From assembly GCF_009914755.1 (NCBI RefSeq), contig NC_060925.1: 64,000 bases of DNA; one strand, written 5' to 3'. Made by a program: the position numbers and the translations under genes. The notes under the pieces are model-generated. The model had not been told where the DNA came from and ran no database searches. It was given only the letters and a program-made list of their open reading frames with translations. This stretch comes from the human T2T-CHM13v2.0 reference genome, Homo sapiens. Below, piece by piece: positions 41,401 to 55,984 of the stretch (its first letter is position 1; each line of letters starts with the position of its first letter).

Positions 41401-44400
41401 TCAGTCCTCTGTACTTACTAGGACAGTCAGGAGTTTCCAGGTAAACCTGGAATTATCCAGAAGTTCAGGTAGCCTGGAGATAATACTGCAAACAATTTAG
41501 ATTAATTAAGATTTAAATTTCTTTTGATGGCTTTTCTTATTGTCCCTGGACTTTCAGGTCTATCACATGTAGATATCCAGGTTCCCCTTCCTGTTATGGT
41601 GTTTCCCTGCTGCACCGCGAACGTTCTGACTTTTGTGCACCTCAGATTTTTGTCTCACTGCCATAGTGCCCCTTTTCTCTGCTTGGATGATTTTTTTTGC
41701 TTCATACTTCTGGGTTTCCATTTTTAAAATGTTTTCGGAATAAACCCCGGATCTCTACTGGAGAAGGCAGGTACTATTCTCTATGCCTATTGACTACCCT
41801 CTTGCTCTGCATTAGCCCAACTCCAATGTTTTAAACTTTCCTTCCTTTGCATCCCTGCTGCCTTTATTTACATTACTCCTTTCCCAGTTTTCTCTCATCT
41901 TCTATCCTAAATGTTTAACGCCGTTCTTCCCACTGAGGAAAGTAGCCCCTCCAGGAAAGAGGAGGTTTGGCTTTCCAAGCTGCCAATTCAGCATGGCAGT
42001 CGGGAAGGCAACAGAGAAGCATACATTTAAACTTGCTGATAGGCACAGAAAACCCTGTAGGGCAGTGGAAAACGGTGGAATCCAGGATTTTTTCCGGGGC
42101 CGTTCATTACTCACGGAACTTTGGCAGGTTGAAGCCTGCTCACCTCTCCCCGAGGATGAACGCTCCCGCTAATGGAATTCTTCTGTTTTCCTATGGCTCT
42201 AGTTTTGTTATCTTTAGGCACCGAGTCAAGCGGCATGTGCCAGTGGGGGTGGCAGCTGCCCCTGCTGTCACTGTCCTGGCATGGCGATGACCCTTCTCTC
42301 TGTATCAGCGTCAAGAGGATGCTGTCATCCCACGGCGCCCAGCAAAGCCTCCACCCCACGTAGCAGGGCACCAGGTTGTCTCCAAATCCCTTCCTTTCAC
42401 CATTAACCGTGAAATACCCAGCACAGGAAATGAAGGTGAAAAGACCAGTACGGGCATGGGTTTCTGCATCCTGATCATACACTTTCTTTTATGTGAGGTT
42501 CTTCTTTTGCTGACTATAGTTTCAAATTCTAACGATACTGTAACTAATTCCTGGAAGATGATGGGATTTTTTAAAGTACAATTAAATTAAAGCAGACTTT
42601 CTTTTGGTAAACTATTTTTAGTAAAATGTATAGGATTAAAAAAAAACCCAACCCAACACTAGCATCATGTTCAATCTGCGTGTGAAAGCACATTTTTAAG
42701 CTAAAACTCCTTACACGTATTTTATTAACATCATTTAAGAAATGCACTGCCTTATTAGTCTAATAGAAATTTAACCTTGTATGAGTAAGTAGGAATACAC
42801 AGGAAAACATCTGAAAAATCTAATTTATAGATACTCAAGTGAAATAATTTAAACTATTAAAAATGTTAATATGCCTGTCGACCTACTATTTAATTTGCAT
42901 AAAATACCATACGGGGAGTCACTGCATAAGAGGACAGAAATGCCAGGATGGAAAATCTGAAACATTCAGGCTCAGAAAACGTCTAAGGACTCACAGAGCA
43001 GGCATCTCCGATTTTAAAGTCAACCTTAAGTCCTATAAACAACTGTACACCCATTATCTAACCTCTGTATTGTGATTAGGAATTCAAGTGCCTAATTACA
43101 TGCTTAGCAAAGAGGAAAAGACACAAGGTCCTTCATGACAGGTCAGCTTTAAAATGGGAAGCGTTTTTATTCAATCTGATACCCTCATAATACAAATGAT
43201 CCTAAAGTTTCCCCCTTTCCTTTCTCTTTTCCACTGAAAAGAATTATGAGTGAGAAAATGCAACCCCCTGGGAAGCAAATCCTCACTGCAGACCCGATGG
43301 TTGAAATTCTTGACTTGATTGATTGCCCTGACGCACTCCCTTCCCCTGGCAGGAGCATCCTCACCCCTGCCCAGGACCACAGAGCCATCTCCTCCGCGCT
43401 GCTCACCAGACCCGCCATCCATTACCCCCTCCACTCAACAGCTGTTTCCTGCTTGCTCCGTGCAACGTGAGGCTTTTTTAAGCCTTAAAAAAAAAGATGT
43501 TTATATAGTTTTCATGATTTCCTTTTGGGCTCTAACTAAATGACTGCTCTTCTTCTCTCCTCCCCCATGTCTATATTTGACACCACCAAACCAAGAGGCT
43601 GGTCGTCCCAGGGTTAACATCTCAGTGAACTGGACAGGTAGACCGGAGTCACAGGAGGTCACGGCCCTAGCGGCCTTCACTGAGGTGCCTGTGCCTCTGG
43701 GGCCTCGCTGGAGGGTGAGAGTCACAAAGCCTGCATCTTCCCTGAGCTCTCTCTCAGTACCCAGGAACCACACAGATCGCACCAGGCTCCAACTGGAAAA
43801 CAGGCTGCTGCTTTCCTTTCCTTCCAGGCAATAACGTAATGGGAACTGGAGGATTCTTAAAAGGAAAATGAACAGCAGAAAGATTGGTGCCTCTGCTATT
43901 TCCAGCAGACTGGACAGCCTACACAGAGAATCGTCAGAATGGGCAACCGTACATAGCCCAAATGTAACGTTCATATCCGCAGTACATTTTCCCTTATGCA
44001 GGAAAGCAATTCTCAGTATCCTGTAGCTAGATCTTCCTATAGCATCAAGAGTCCTTTCCATTTAAACAAAAAAATCTTCTTTCCACAGTTTACCCAAAGG
44101 GCAAATAATGGACTCTTGCAATTGCCATTTTGTGCCTAGCAAATTTAAGAGACAGAGGAGGAAAATAACTTGCTATTAGTCAGGAGTCAGTCGGTGGTAG
44201 AATCTAAATTAAAATGAAATGTCTTTTCAGTCCTCAACTTTCACTTCATCCATTGAGTCACACAAACAGTAATATTCAACAGACTAGAAAACACGCACTG
44301 TCACAGTGTAAATGCTACAATCTTGTAAATCTTTCAGAAAATTCTTGAGACATCATAAGCCATTCAGAAACATTTTGAGTGGTTTGCCACCAGATCTTCC

Positions 44401-46138
44401 AGATGAGATATTTTCTTCTTCTTCTTCTTTTTTTTTTTTTTTTGTGGCCTATTTGTCCTATTTTAGTACTTTGAGAAATAATTTTTAATTTGTGTTTGCC
44501 AAAAAATCCCACCCTACAGTGACAACATGTGCAATAGGTGCAGCTTTGGGGATGTGTACTTTTTTTGTCTTCGGATGGGAACTGTCAAAAACCAAATCCT
44601 AACCCTGTTTAGTTGACAAATACATTTTATAGCTGTCTGAAGATTTAAAGCAATACAGATTGTCTGAGCCAATAAGTTGATTTGGTGAGAGCGGGATGCT
44701 AATGAGTCTTTGATCCGTGCAGAGGCCAGTGAGCCCGTAGCACAGCCTCCGCCTGCACCCCTCACCCCGCCAGCTGTCTCGCAAATGCCTGCCATTGGTC
44801 ACAGGGGGGACCAGGCAAGCTGGGAGTGCGGATGGATCAGCGCAAATCCATCATCTCTCCAAACGCATCACTCAAGTGCTGGTCCTCCACATGACAAACC
44901 AGCAGCATTCTCCTTCTGCACAGAGATGGCACGTTGCAATAAAGAAAGGTTCTTTAAAAATATTGGTGTTGGTTTTTAAAGGAGAGCTTTTTTTTTTTTT
45001 TTTGCCTTGTGCTGAAAATAAATGTCGACTGGTATCTATTTTATGACTTGAGCTTTTTAAAGGTAGTGTGTGTGGTGAGGTCGGGGTTGGGGAGGAGGAA
45101 GCTTCAAGTCCTCAGAAAAGCCGGCTGGGTCCTGGGGACTGACCACGAGGGTGAGTGATGGCAGGCACGCGATGGCAGCGTGAGGCAGCTGGCCTGCAGC
45201 GGGGAGGCCGAAACAACCCGCAGCAGCTGCACAAACGCAAGAGGTCAGGCCGTGTTTGTGGACGCTGACTTCTCCCTAGGCACCCCTGGACGGTGGGATA
45301 CATCAAAGCCCCACACCCAGGAATAACACCCAGGGGATGGATGGTCTGTGTATAAACCCCATCCCAAGATGCTGACCCAGGAGTTAGCTGCCAGCCCTCC
45401 GAGGGTGGAGTTACCTTCCTCCTGCACGTGCTATTTCTGGAAGTAGGTTGTGTGATGGAGGAGGAAATAACCCATATTCCAATAGTATTGAGAAGGTAAA
45501 ATTCAAGTTAGTTTTCCTATGCTACGTGGCCACTTTCTTTTTCTGATGGAAGTGCCTTTTAACAGTCAACAGATTTTGGTGAAGCCCCTGCAATACACCA
45601 GCCACTGAGGCTAAGGGGTGACGACACAGATCCTCAGGTTGAGGTGAGTCAGGAAGGGTTTCCCTATGGGTTCCATATTATACCTCTTTTCTTATAACTA
45701 TCATACTTGAGGTTGTGGAATATCTTTTTAGCCAAAGGCCTATTACGAGAAAAACTAATTTAAAAAAAAAAGATAGGAAAATATAGTCTCTAAGATCTAG
45801 GAGCTAAGATGACGATTATTTTTAATTGTTGCTTGTTGAAATGGTTGGAAATGTCTAAGAAAGACAGTTTTATATGGCAAGAGGAGGAGACCATGATACA
45901 CTGAGGAAAACCAGGACAAAAGTTATAAGGGCCATTTTGAACAAGAGAATGTTCCAATTGTGTTTGTAAAGTGCTTGACAGTGCTTGACCCCCAAGATGG
46001 GACAGTGAGATTTCTGGACTGTTTTATATTGAAAGGAAGGCTCCAGTTTTTAAATGAGTTGGGCTCCAAAAGCTGACCCGGAAGTCTGTGTCGTGGAATG
46101 TAGACTGCTCTGCTGCATAAGAACATAAGGCATATTTA

Positions 46139-46742
<604 letters not shown>

Positions 46743-46829
46743 AAAAACCAAATACATATATTAAAAACCAAATATATATATATATATATAGTATTTTTAC
46801 ACTAACAAGAGCCCCTTGATGACCTTTGG

Positions 46830-47332
46830 AAATGCTTTCTGTCTCTACAATGGCCTCAAGGCCCCACACCCCACTCGTCACCTTGCACAGGCTGCCTTGT
46901 GACTGCTGCCCGGCGACTGTCCCCCAGCTTCAGCTGTCCCAGTCACACTGACTCACTGTGCCTTGATCTTGCAAAGCTGCTCCTGCCTCAGGACTTTGCA
47001 CTGGTTCCCTCTGGCTGGAATGCCAGTCCCTGATCAATCTCCAAGTGGCTCACTGCTTCTCTCCCTCCAGGGAGGTCTTCTCTGACCACAGTCATCCCAA
47101 CCCTCCACGCTCTGAGTCACCCACGGCTGCTTCATTTTTCTCCCTAACCCTTTCACTTTCTTAACTATTATGCCAAAGGCACTCATTTTATTTATTGTTG
47201 ATCTCTCCCACCAGCAGGCAGAACCCCCATGGGCAGGAATTTTGTCCATGTTATTCCCTGCTCATTCTTGGTACCTAGAACAGTGCCCAACACAAAGTCA
47301 ATGCCCAGGACATCTTTGTCAGATGAATGTGA
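46830..47332 (+). mobile_element. L2 LINE 3' end
   Basis: ctcctgcctcaggactttgcactgg...ctggaatgc...gtacctagaacagtgcc...gatgaatg. Confidence 0.75.
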
Positions 47333-47784
47333 TGATTAAAAAGATACTTTAGTGACCACTTTGCAGCAGTGGCCTCAGACTTCAGAAGCCCAGCTGTGTG
47401 ACTGTGAGCAAACGGCTCACCCCAAGTCTATTTACTCACCTGGGAAGCATGCTTTCTCCGTTCACCTCACAGCACTGCTGCCATGAGCAAACGCAGCCCT
47501 GCTTGTAAAGTGATTTGACACGTTCCCTCTCTAAGCCGTGGTTTTCATCTGTAAATTCAGAGTGCTGTATTAGCTATACTTTAAGATCATTTCGCCCTCT
47601 TACAGTCCACGGTAATGATGGAGACAAAAATCTGAGCCTCTTTCGTGTTGCCTGGTACTGGCTGTGATGACTCCTTACACCTGACGGCAGATGCGCTGCC
47701 CGCCACTTCCATCCGGAAGCCCCCAGCTCTTGTGCCTGATGGCAACATAATTCCGACCCATGTTGCCTGTCTTCCTTTGGGGGA

Positions 47785-47861
47785 TCCCTGCTGCCCACCC
47801 AGAGCTTCCTGGGTATGCAGGACACTCCCTGCTACCCATCCAGAGCTTCCTGGGTATGCGG
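47785..47861 (+). repeat. Imperfect tandem duplication, period 41 bp
   Basis: tccctgctRcccaYccagagcttcctgggtatgc at 47785 and 47826. Confidence 0.9.
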
Positions 47862-50702
47862 TGGGGTTAACTTTGGTGTCTCCTATCCTCATGTCTTCCT
47901 TCTGACCCGTTACGATGTGATCGAGGGACTTCTCAGATCCTCCCAAAGAAGGACCGAGGCATCCTCCCATCTACAGCTACTGTAAGGCTCTGCCACAGGT
48001 AGAGGCTGGGATGGATTTTGTGATGATGGATTCCCCAAGGGCTGGGGAACAGAACGCCTTGGAGTATCGTGGAGCCATCCAAATCTTCTTCCATAGACTC
48101 AAAGCAGAATAGTCCCTGTAAGCCTAAGCATGAATATACCCCTTTGAATCCCTCCTGCTTCATGGCTGAGCCATCCTCAGAAAGAAAGAAAGGCCTTCTT
48201 CCCCTGAGTTACCTGGAATGACCTTTACATGCCAGCCAGTTCGCTCTCTAACTTCTGGGTGTCTCTCAGTTTTCACGTCTGCAGTGCAGCTTTGGCATAT
48301 ATCGAAATTTAAATTTCTAAGATCTATTTTAAATTTCCTTTTTGTATGTTAGGCAGACTTTCCTTTATCCATCCTGAAATCACCTTTGAAATTTTAGACT
48401 AGGGCAGATGTCACTTAACGTGACCGGCAAGTATTCCACTCGCCATTTGTTGTGAGTGGTGGTTGTTTTTCCTTTTTGCTTTTTTTCTCTTTCTGTCTTT
48501 TTTTTTTAATCACCATCATACTATAAAACCAATTAAAATAAACTCTCCAAAGACTCTTATTTTCTGGCTGAGCTATTCCAACCTCTGACTTTTTCTGAAG
48601 CACAAGATAAGACTTTCTGATTAACTGGGAGTGGGATGTTTATTCAATCTGTTCATTTGATACATTGCGGAGACTGCTTTTTCATTTTTATGCCATGTCA
48701 GTGGCATATACTTTCTGAAATTAATAAATACAATACATACCATCAATGTGTGAAATTTTTAAAACCCCGTATTTCCATAGTTTGACATACAAAAATGTAC
48801 TCATACACTTTTGAAATCTACTGTCAAATCATTTCACATCTGTACCTAAAGCAAACAGACATAATGCTAACAGCTTGTTAGAATTCAGAAATGCCACCCG
48901 CTAATCAGCCCACCTGTGGCATTCTCAGTCCATCTTGCAAGCTGCATAGCCTGCTGCCAAGAAGCTTGACAAGAAAATGTATATTAAATTATTGAATAAG
49001 ATGGGAAATACTGTACAGTGTGGGATAAAGAGAATGTGCAACGTGTGGCCAATGAACATACTGTACCTTTTCATTATAATACCTGCCTGGAGGTGACCTA
49101 GCTTCATCCCCATGTGCCATAAATGATGAAGCTACTGCTAAGGCTCTGGATGCAAAGTCGGCAGTGAGGTTTTCATAGTTTGCATCAGCTTTTTGTTATG
49201 TGTAGTTGGCGTTGGCTAAAACAAAAACCAAGACAAAAAAAAAAAAAAAGCAGAAAGCAAATTTTGAACGGAGTTACACAGGAACAACCCCATTTTCTAC
49301 AATTCTGTCCTGCGGTTCAGAGCAAAACAAAGAAGATCTGACATTCCTGACGTTCTCTAGAAATCACAGTAGCGACCATGTCAATCAACTCCAATCATTA
49401 GATATGATTTAAAAACCTAGAAACATGATCTTTTGATCTTGCCAGGGCAAAAAAGCAAAATAAAATGCAAAGGTGAAATAAAGTGATTAAGATCCTGGAG
49501 CAGAATGGGGCAGCGGATCATGGAACAAACCATGAGTACCCTCTGCCCATGCCTGGAAGCTTGTGAGGTCGGCCTAAGCGTGACATTGCACAATCCGATT
49601 ACATTTCTACAATTATTAGTTTCTATAGAATATAAACTAACATGCTTACAGAAGTATCTTCTCTGGGGGTCTGTGGGTAAGAAATGTTATTTTAGCATCT
49701 GTTCTTTTAAGGCTATTTGCTCTGGGAGGGCAGTGTGTTTTGCCATAAATTTAGGTCATTAATTTGTATCTGTTCTTTGTTTATTTAAGAAACAGGACAA
49801 AAGGGCAGCTGCTGAAACATTTGGCTGTGCCGAGGGGTAGTGGGCTCGACATGCTGGAGTTCTGCACATGACCAGCTTGAGTTTGTATCCACAGCTACAG
49901 GACAGAACTTTATGGAAACACTTTGCCAAGCCATGTGGTGCTCGGCTTCCCTTTGCATCAATACCCTTTTAATTACCTGATCCTGAGGGGGAAAAAGTTA
50001 GGGAAAAGTGTCAGTGCAAAAGCCTAGGAACCTGCTGTGAATCAGACTTTTTCAAAAAGACAGCATGATAAAATATCTGGCAATTATTCTACAGGACATC
50101 GATCTAAATCCGCAACTAGCCTGCAAAGGTAACACTATGACCTATATAATTTGATATTTATAAACTGAAGCACAATAATATCCACTAAATTGATTGTTAA
50201 CAACATTTAATGCTCTGAAATTGGCCATTAAGTTGCAGAATGATTTGAAAGGCATTATTGTTATTGTGAAGCATTGCAGAGGTTTTATTTATTATCATAA
50301 ACCTAATGGACTCAGTAAATTAGGTGTATTTAAAAAGGTCATTTGCTGCTGTTGATACTGAATTCTAAGCACTTTAATTCAAATGGATAACAAAACATAG
50401 CAGTCTTTTCAAGGATGGTACACATTTAAGCTACTCCAAATAAACAATACGGAAGCACAGTGCCTGAAATTTGAATAATAGTAATAATAATGTGACAGTA
50501 CCTGTTAGGATTGTTTTAAAAGCCATATTTGAAAATGATAAATTTTCTATTCGAAACTACATACTAGAAATAAAAGAAATAAAGTAAAATTTATCATAGG
50601 TGAATTTTAAACCAAAAAATGTTTGCCTAGAATGGTATTTCTTCTGGATGAAATATGATGCCCCCTTCGCATTTTTTTTTCCTAGAAGAGTCCTCAGTGT
50701 GA

Positions 50703-51016
<314 letters not shown>

Positions 51017-52809
51017 GCGACGTGGTAACTTTGAAAATCTCAGCCATACGCCTGTCTCAGCCTGGGGGTCTATCCTCGCAAGCCACCTGCAGTGTTAATG
51101 GGTTTGTCCGAATGTAGGATGGAAATAAAGCACGTCTCTGGACAGAGATTTTGTTTTTTCTCTGTTGAATGTGTTTTCATGTGAGTAGAAATGATCTTGT
51201 GTTTTTCAGATGCTCTCTTTTGAAGAAGTCATAACTGAAAATGTGGTTGAAACTCAGGACTGCTCTTGCAGCGCAACGTCAGCAGCAGTCCCTTCCCTGG
51301 AACACTCTGGAAGTCTGAGGAACCTGCAGGCACCTGTGGTTGCTGGAGCTCTCTTCTCTGCGAGAGGCAGCAGGCAGTTCTCTGTGGAGGGACCCAGATG
51401 GTCTGCATTCAAGAATGTAAGAAAGGCCCTTAAGCAAGACCTGTCTTTTATTTTCTCTTGCACAGTCTTTGGATTCATCATTAGGGTCACAGACAAACCC
51501 CAGAAGTCTTGCTCTCAGAATAAATGTGAATTTCATTCAAAGAAAGAACGTGTTCTTTCCCATCATTGCATTGTTTTGTGCTCAGGTAGTGCAGAGGAAA
51601 ATTTAGGAAGTATCAAACCACATGATTCCTGGGAATAGCTGAAAAGATCCTTTTCGACATTGGTGGGAAAAGAAAGAAAAACAAATCAATTAGATGTGAG
51701 ATCTCATCAGATTTCTTATATTCTGAGACTGTGTTTAGAGAGGAAAGCATGGGAAAAAATGCTTCTTGAATATTCGCATAGCAGTAACTTGGTATTACAC
51801 GTGTACTATCTTAAGTTCATCAACAAACATTTGGGTGGCTCCTAAAGCAGCTTATCTATACAGCACCTACTGCAGGTATAGAAATATGCTAGATATTGTA
51901 ATAATTAATACTATCTGGAAAATACAATGATTTTTAAAAGTCTTATTGGGGAACTTTCATATACCAAGTTTAGTATACCTAGACTCATTCTGTAGGCTTA
52001 GAATAATTTAAAACTACCTTTTTTTTTGTTGTAAACCAAAGGAAACCTAATTGAAGTTATTCTAAAACAGGGAGTAATCCTCAGAATTTATCAGTCTTAG
52101 GGAAATTGATCAACATTTCACTACTGAGCTGGGCACAAAGCACTTTGCACTGGTCCCACCCTATCATTATGTTTCAATTCTGTTCATTTCTTGATGCCTT
52201 TCTTTTCATCTGACCCTTATCCTGACTCCTGTATTCTCCCAGACTGTCCCCTACTCCCCAAGGGTTTAGTGAATTTAAAAAGCACGCACACATAAAAAGA
52301 GACTGGATTCCCAATACCCTAGCATAGACAAAAGGAATCTATCTAGTTCTTTATTGGGCTCTCATCGGCTGTAACAAAACATTTCATATGTATGAAGAAA
52401 ATATCATATTTCTAATAGATAGAGAAGATCTGAGCCTCTCTTCTACTACCTATACCTCTTCCATTCTCTAGTCTTGCTCACTTTTCAATTCTACCCCAAT
52501 ATCCCTTGACTGCTAAGTTCCTCCACTTTTCTCTGTGTCTTTTTCTCCCTCACCCAGTTCAGATGCTCTACATCTGATCATCTTCCCCAGGGTGGTTGTG
52601 GCCTTTCGGATGCAGTCTAGGTGTTAAAGGAATGATTATTCATTGTGATCTCCTCCTCCCCTTATAGAGGCTCTACTCCCTAGAGAAGAGTTTGGCAGCA
52701 TTTTTCTCAAAGTGGATTAAAAAATGCATCACACTTTTAAAAAAAACCCACATGGCATCTCTCAGGAGACTTCTTCTGATGCAGGTTCCATTTCTGTCAA
52801 GAGAAGATG

Positions 52810-53010
52810 CAATGTTGTAGCAGAAAAAGCATTCAACTTGGACTCAGGAGAACACCCTTCCAATCCTGGCTCTGCTAATTATAATACTAACTGGGGATCT
52901 TGTACAAGTCACTTATCTCTCTTGAGGGTCCTAGGTCCCCAGTGTAAAACTAGAGGTTGAGACTAGCGACCATCCAAGGTCCTTCCAGCTCTGACAGTCT
53001 CTGAGTCTAG
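52810..53010 (+). mobile_element. MIR3-like SINE
   Basis: ggactcaggaga...aatcctggctctgc...tccaaggtccttccagctctgacagtct. Confidence 0.65.
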
Positions 53011-54999
53011 GAAATGAGACCCTGAGACTTTGAAAGGAGCCTTTCATCAAAACTAGGATTTGATGCCGGTGAGTAGAAAATTCAGGCTTCTAACCTCTTG
53101 GTATTTTACCTGCAAATCACAAATTTTACCCCATTTGCCAAGGTTTTGCTAGAAAGAACATCTAATAATCATTTAAAGTACAACTTCCCTTTAGAAATCA
53201 TTTTTTTTTTTTGAAAGTTTGAACCAACATTCTTCCTTTTCTGGCAATGCCTATATAGTGAGAGGCAATAGATTGAAAAAAAGGGTCAACCTTGTAATTT
53301 TGTCTGCGTTATTGGTGAATACTGCAAAGTATAAAGCTTATTCTGAGAAATCACTCTAAAAAAGAATATTTTCTTTCTGATTCTATAGCTACAGTTAGAT
53401 CAACCCATCATTCTTTCTACTTATCTATTATAGCCTTGTGTACATACATTTTATACTATTTTAGAAATAAAATTAAGAAACATCCTTTTCATCTTATCTC
53501 AATAAATATCCCATGTGAAGTATTTTGTGCTGTTAAGATTCTCACCATTGGGATGCATTTCAGATATACTTGAAAATCTGTAGAGGATCCAGAACTAAAG
53601 AATGAGCAAAACTGCTTGATATTTGCATGAGGAAAGGAGAGAAAAGAGGAGGGAGGGAGGGGGGAAGTAAGGAAAGGCAGTCGGGCGTGGTTGATTGCTC
53701 TTAGCCACATTTGTGCACATATGAACAAGATCTGTGGTCCCTGTGTCGGGACAGGCTTCATTAGTACCACTGAACTTAAAGACTGCGGAATCTTCAACAG
53801 TACGGGGAACTAAGGTGCTTTCCTAGCACACTCAATGTATTGTGCTTCGATTATGTGAAGTACCCTAGAGAGTCTTATAAAAATATCACCTGATGGCTAA
53901 CGCTTTGGAAAGTACAAGTGTAATTGAGGCCAATGTTTTCCCCATTCCCAGTTCAGCACACAATAGCATACCTTCTTTGAGCAAAGCCCTCTCTGAGATG
54001 TGGGTGTAAGCCAAGCTGTCCCCAACACATAGGATGCCTGTGATTGTGTTCCTGAAACTCTCCCTTCTTGCATCTCTTAATCAGCTCATTTTTCTGAGCT
54101 CCCTGCCCAAATCAGGACCCAGCTCAAAGTGAGGCTGCTCACAGCAATGAATCTCACCTGCGTCCTGAACACCGTCTCACTGTAACCACGCTCCTGCCCT
54201 ATCAACCCTTTCTTTGAATCTTGTGTTTTGGACTACATCCTAATAGTCTCTTCTGGATTTGGTCAGGGACGCTGTCAACCCTTACCCTCCTCCAGATGGG
54301 TTAAAGAAAATGTTGATATTTAGCAATAAATGAGAAAAACATTTGCAAAGACTTACCCTAGAAAGTCCAAATCTGTAAGTAAAATTAATCATGAATGAGA
54401 CATTTCTTGGATCTTTTTAACCTCTGTCCACTTAAACCTATCCAAGGTACTAGGCTTCTGTTGGTGCTCATCATGTTATTACAAAGTGATTCAGGTACCA
54501 AAAAGGGTCAGGCTTGGTGTCAACCAATATTAAATCTTAACTTAGATATCACATGAGTGTTAAAGATACATACAAGAGGCCAACTTTCCAGCCCATGGTG
54601 ATTCCCCAAGTTTATAACAGCCCAACATCTAAGTTTATGGATTTTATAACCAAGCAGATAAGTTACTGATGTAAAATTAAACTAACATTTATTAAAGACT
54701 TACTGTGTACTAGCCAATGAACTAAGCATTTTCTGCGCATTATCTCCCTGAGTTTTCTCAACTAACTTCTGTGGAATGCGTTATTAGTTCCACTTTAGTA
54801 AGCGACTTGCTCACGATGGTACAGCTACTGAAGCCACAGTGAGAAAACGGGCCCAGGCCCAATACCTAAAAGAGGATTGCTGTGCTAAACATTAAAATAC
54901 TTAGTTCAGATTTCTTAAAGTAGGCAATCATGGAGTATAGATTTTGAAGCAAATCATCTGTAATGGGAGTATTTGCTCAGGACAGTGGGGGAAGACTAA

Positions 55000-55322
55000 A
55001 TGACATGAAGGAGAGAGAAAGGCAGGGCAAGGTGATTCCCGCTTTCCAGGGCCCAGGACTGTTATGCAGAGGACAGTAACAGACTATTCTTCAACATTCC
55101 CAGGGAGGGAAATAAATGGATGTCTTCTGGAATAGGAAGGATTCAGTTTAAATACATAAAATATTTTCCCATATAGGTAGTTGTGAGACACAGGAATGTG
55201 TCTTCAAGGAAAATGACAGAATCTGTTTCGCTGGAGCCCTTTAACACATAGGATAGATTTTCCTTTCAACAGAAGTGAAGACCCACAGGGAGGATGCAGA
55301 ATTCCTTCCCTCTAGGATTCTG
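55000..55322 (+). mobile_element. CR1/L3 LINE 3' fragment
   Basis: ggaaggattcagtttaaatacataaaatattttcc...gtgagacacaggaat...ccttccctctaggattctgt. Confidence 0.5.
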
Positions 55323-55671
55323 TAACCATTACAATTCTAAATAGTCTTCTGGCATTACATTCTTCTAGCAATAAGTCATTTGAGACCATGACAGCCAAAT
55401 ATTTGCAGACTCAGAAAGAAGACTGGGAGTTGAAACTGGGTGAGATGCCATCATTTTTAACCTCAAGATTACAGTTTAGATGAGAAATGAGTACTGGAAG
55501 GAAGGGCATGAATCAAGGAAGAGGATTGTATCCTAATTTAGTATTTGTTAATTAAATACAATTAGAACAGTCTTTTTCCTATTCCGGAGGTACAAGACTC
55601 TGTCCTGTAAAGCCATTGAAAAGAGAAAAAAAAAATGACCCTTTTTTCTGTAGCTCCTATAGAGAATGCAA

Positions 55672-55984
55672 TTTTTTTAAATTTTATTTATTTATTTTAT
55701 TTTTTAGATGAAGTCTAGCTTTGTCGCCCAGGCTGGCGTGCAGTGGCACAATCTCAGTTCACTGCAACCTCTGCCTCCCAGGTTCAAGAGAGTCTCCTGC
55801 CTCAGCCTCCTGAGTAGCTGGGATTACAGGCACCTGCCACTACACCCAGCTAATTTTTGTATTTTTAGTAGAGGCGGGGTTTCACCGTGTTGGCCAGGCT
55901 GGTCTCGAACTCCTGACCTCAGTTGATCTACCCACCTTGGCCTCCCAAAGTGTTGGGATTACAGGCGTGAGCCTGCGTCTGGCT
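55672..55984 (-). mobile_element. AluS SINE
   Basis: Full antisense dimer. Confidence 0.95.

Noticed and set aside
41435-41452. 8-bp-stem hairpin ttccaggt-aa-acctggaa
   Set aside because: Too short for a pre-miRNA; expected occasionally by chance.
41967-42482. Coding-looking GC-balanced stretch (possible processed pseudogene)
   Set aside because: No recognisable parent protein, poly(A) tail or TSD.
43501-44061. 186-aa minus-strand ORF
   Set aside because: No recognisable homology or exon structure; length is compatible with chance.
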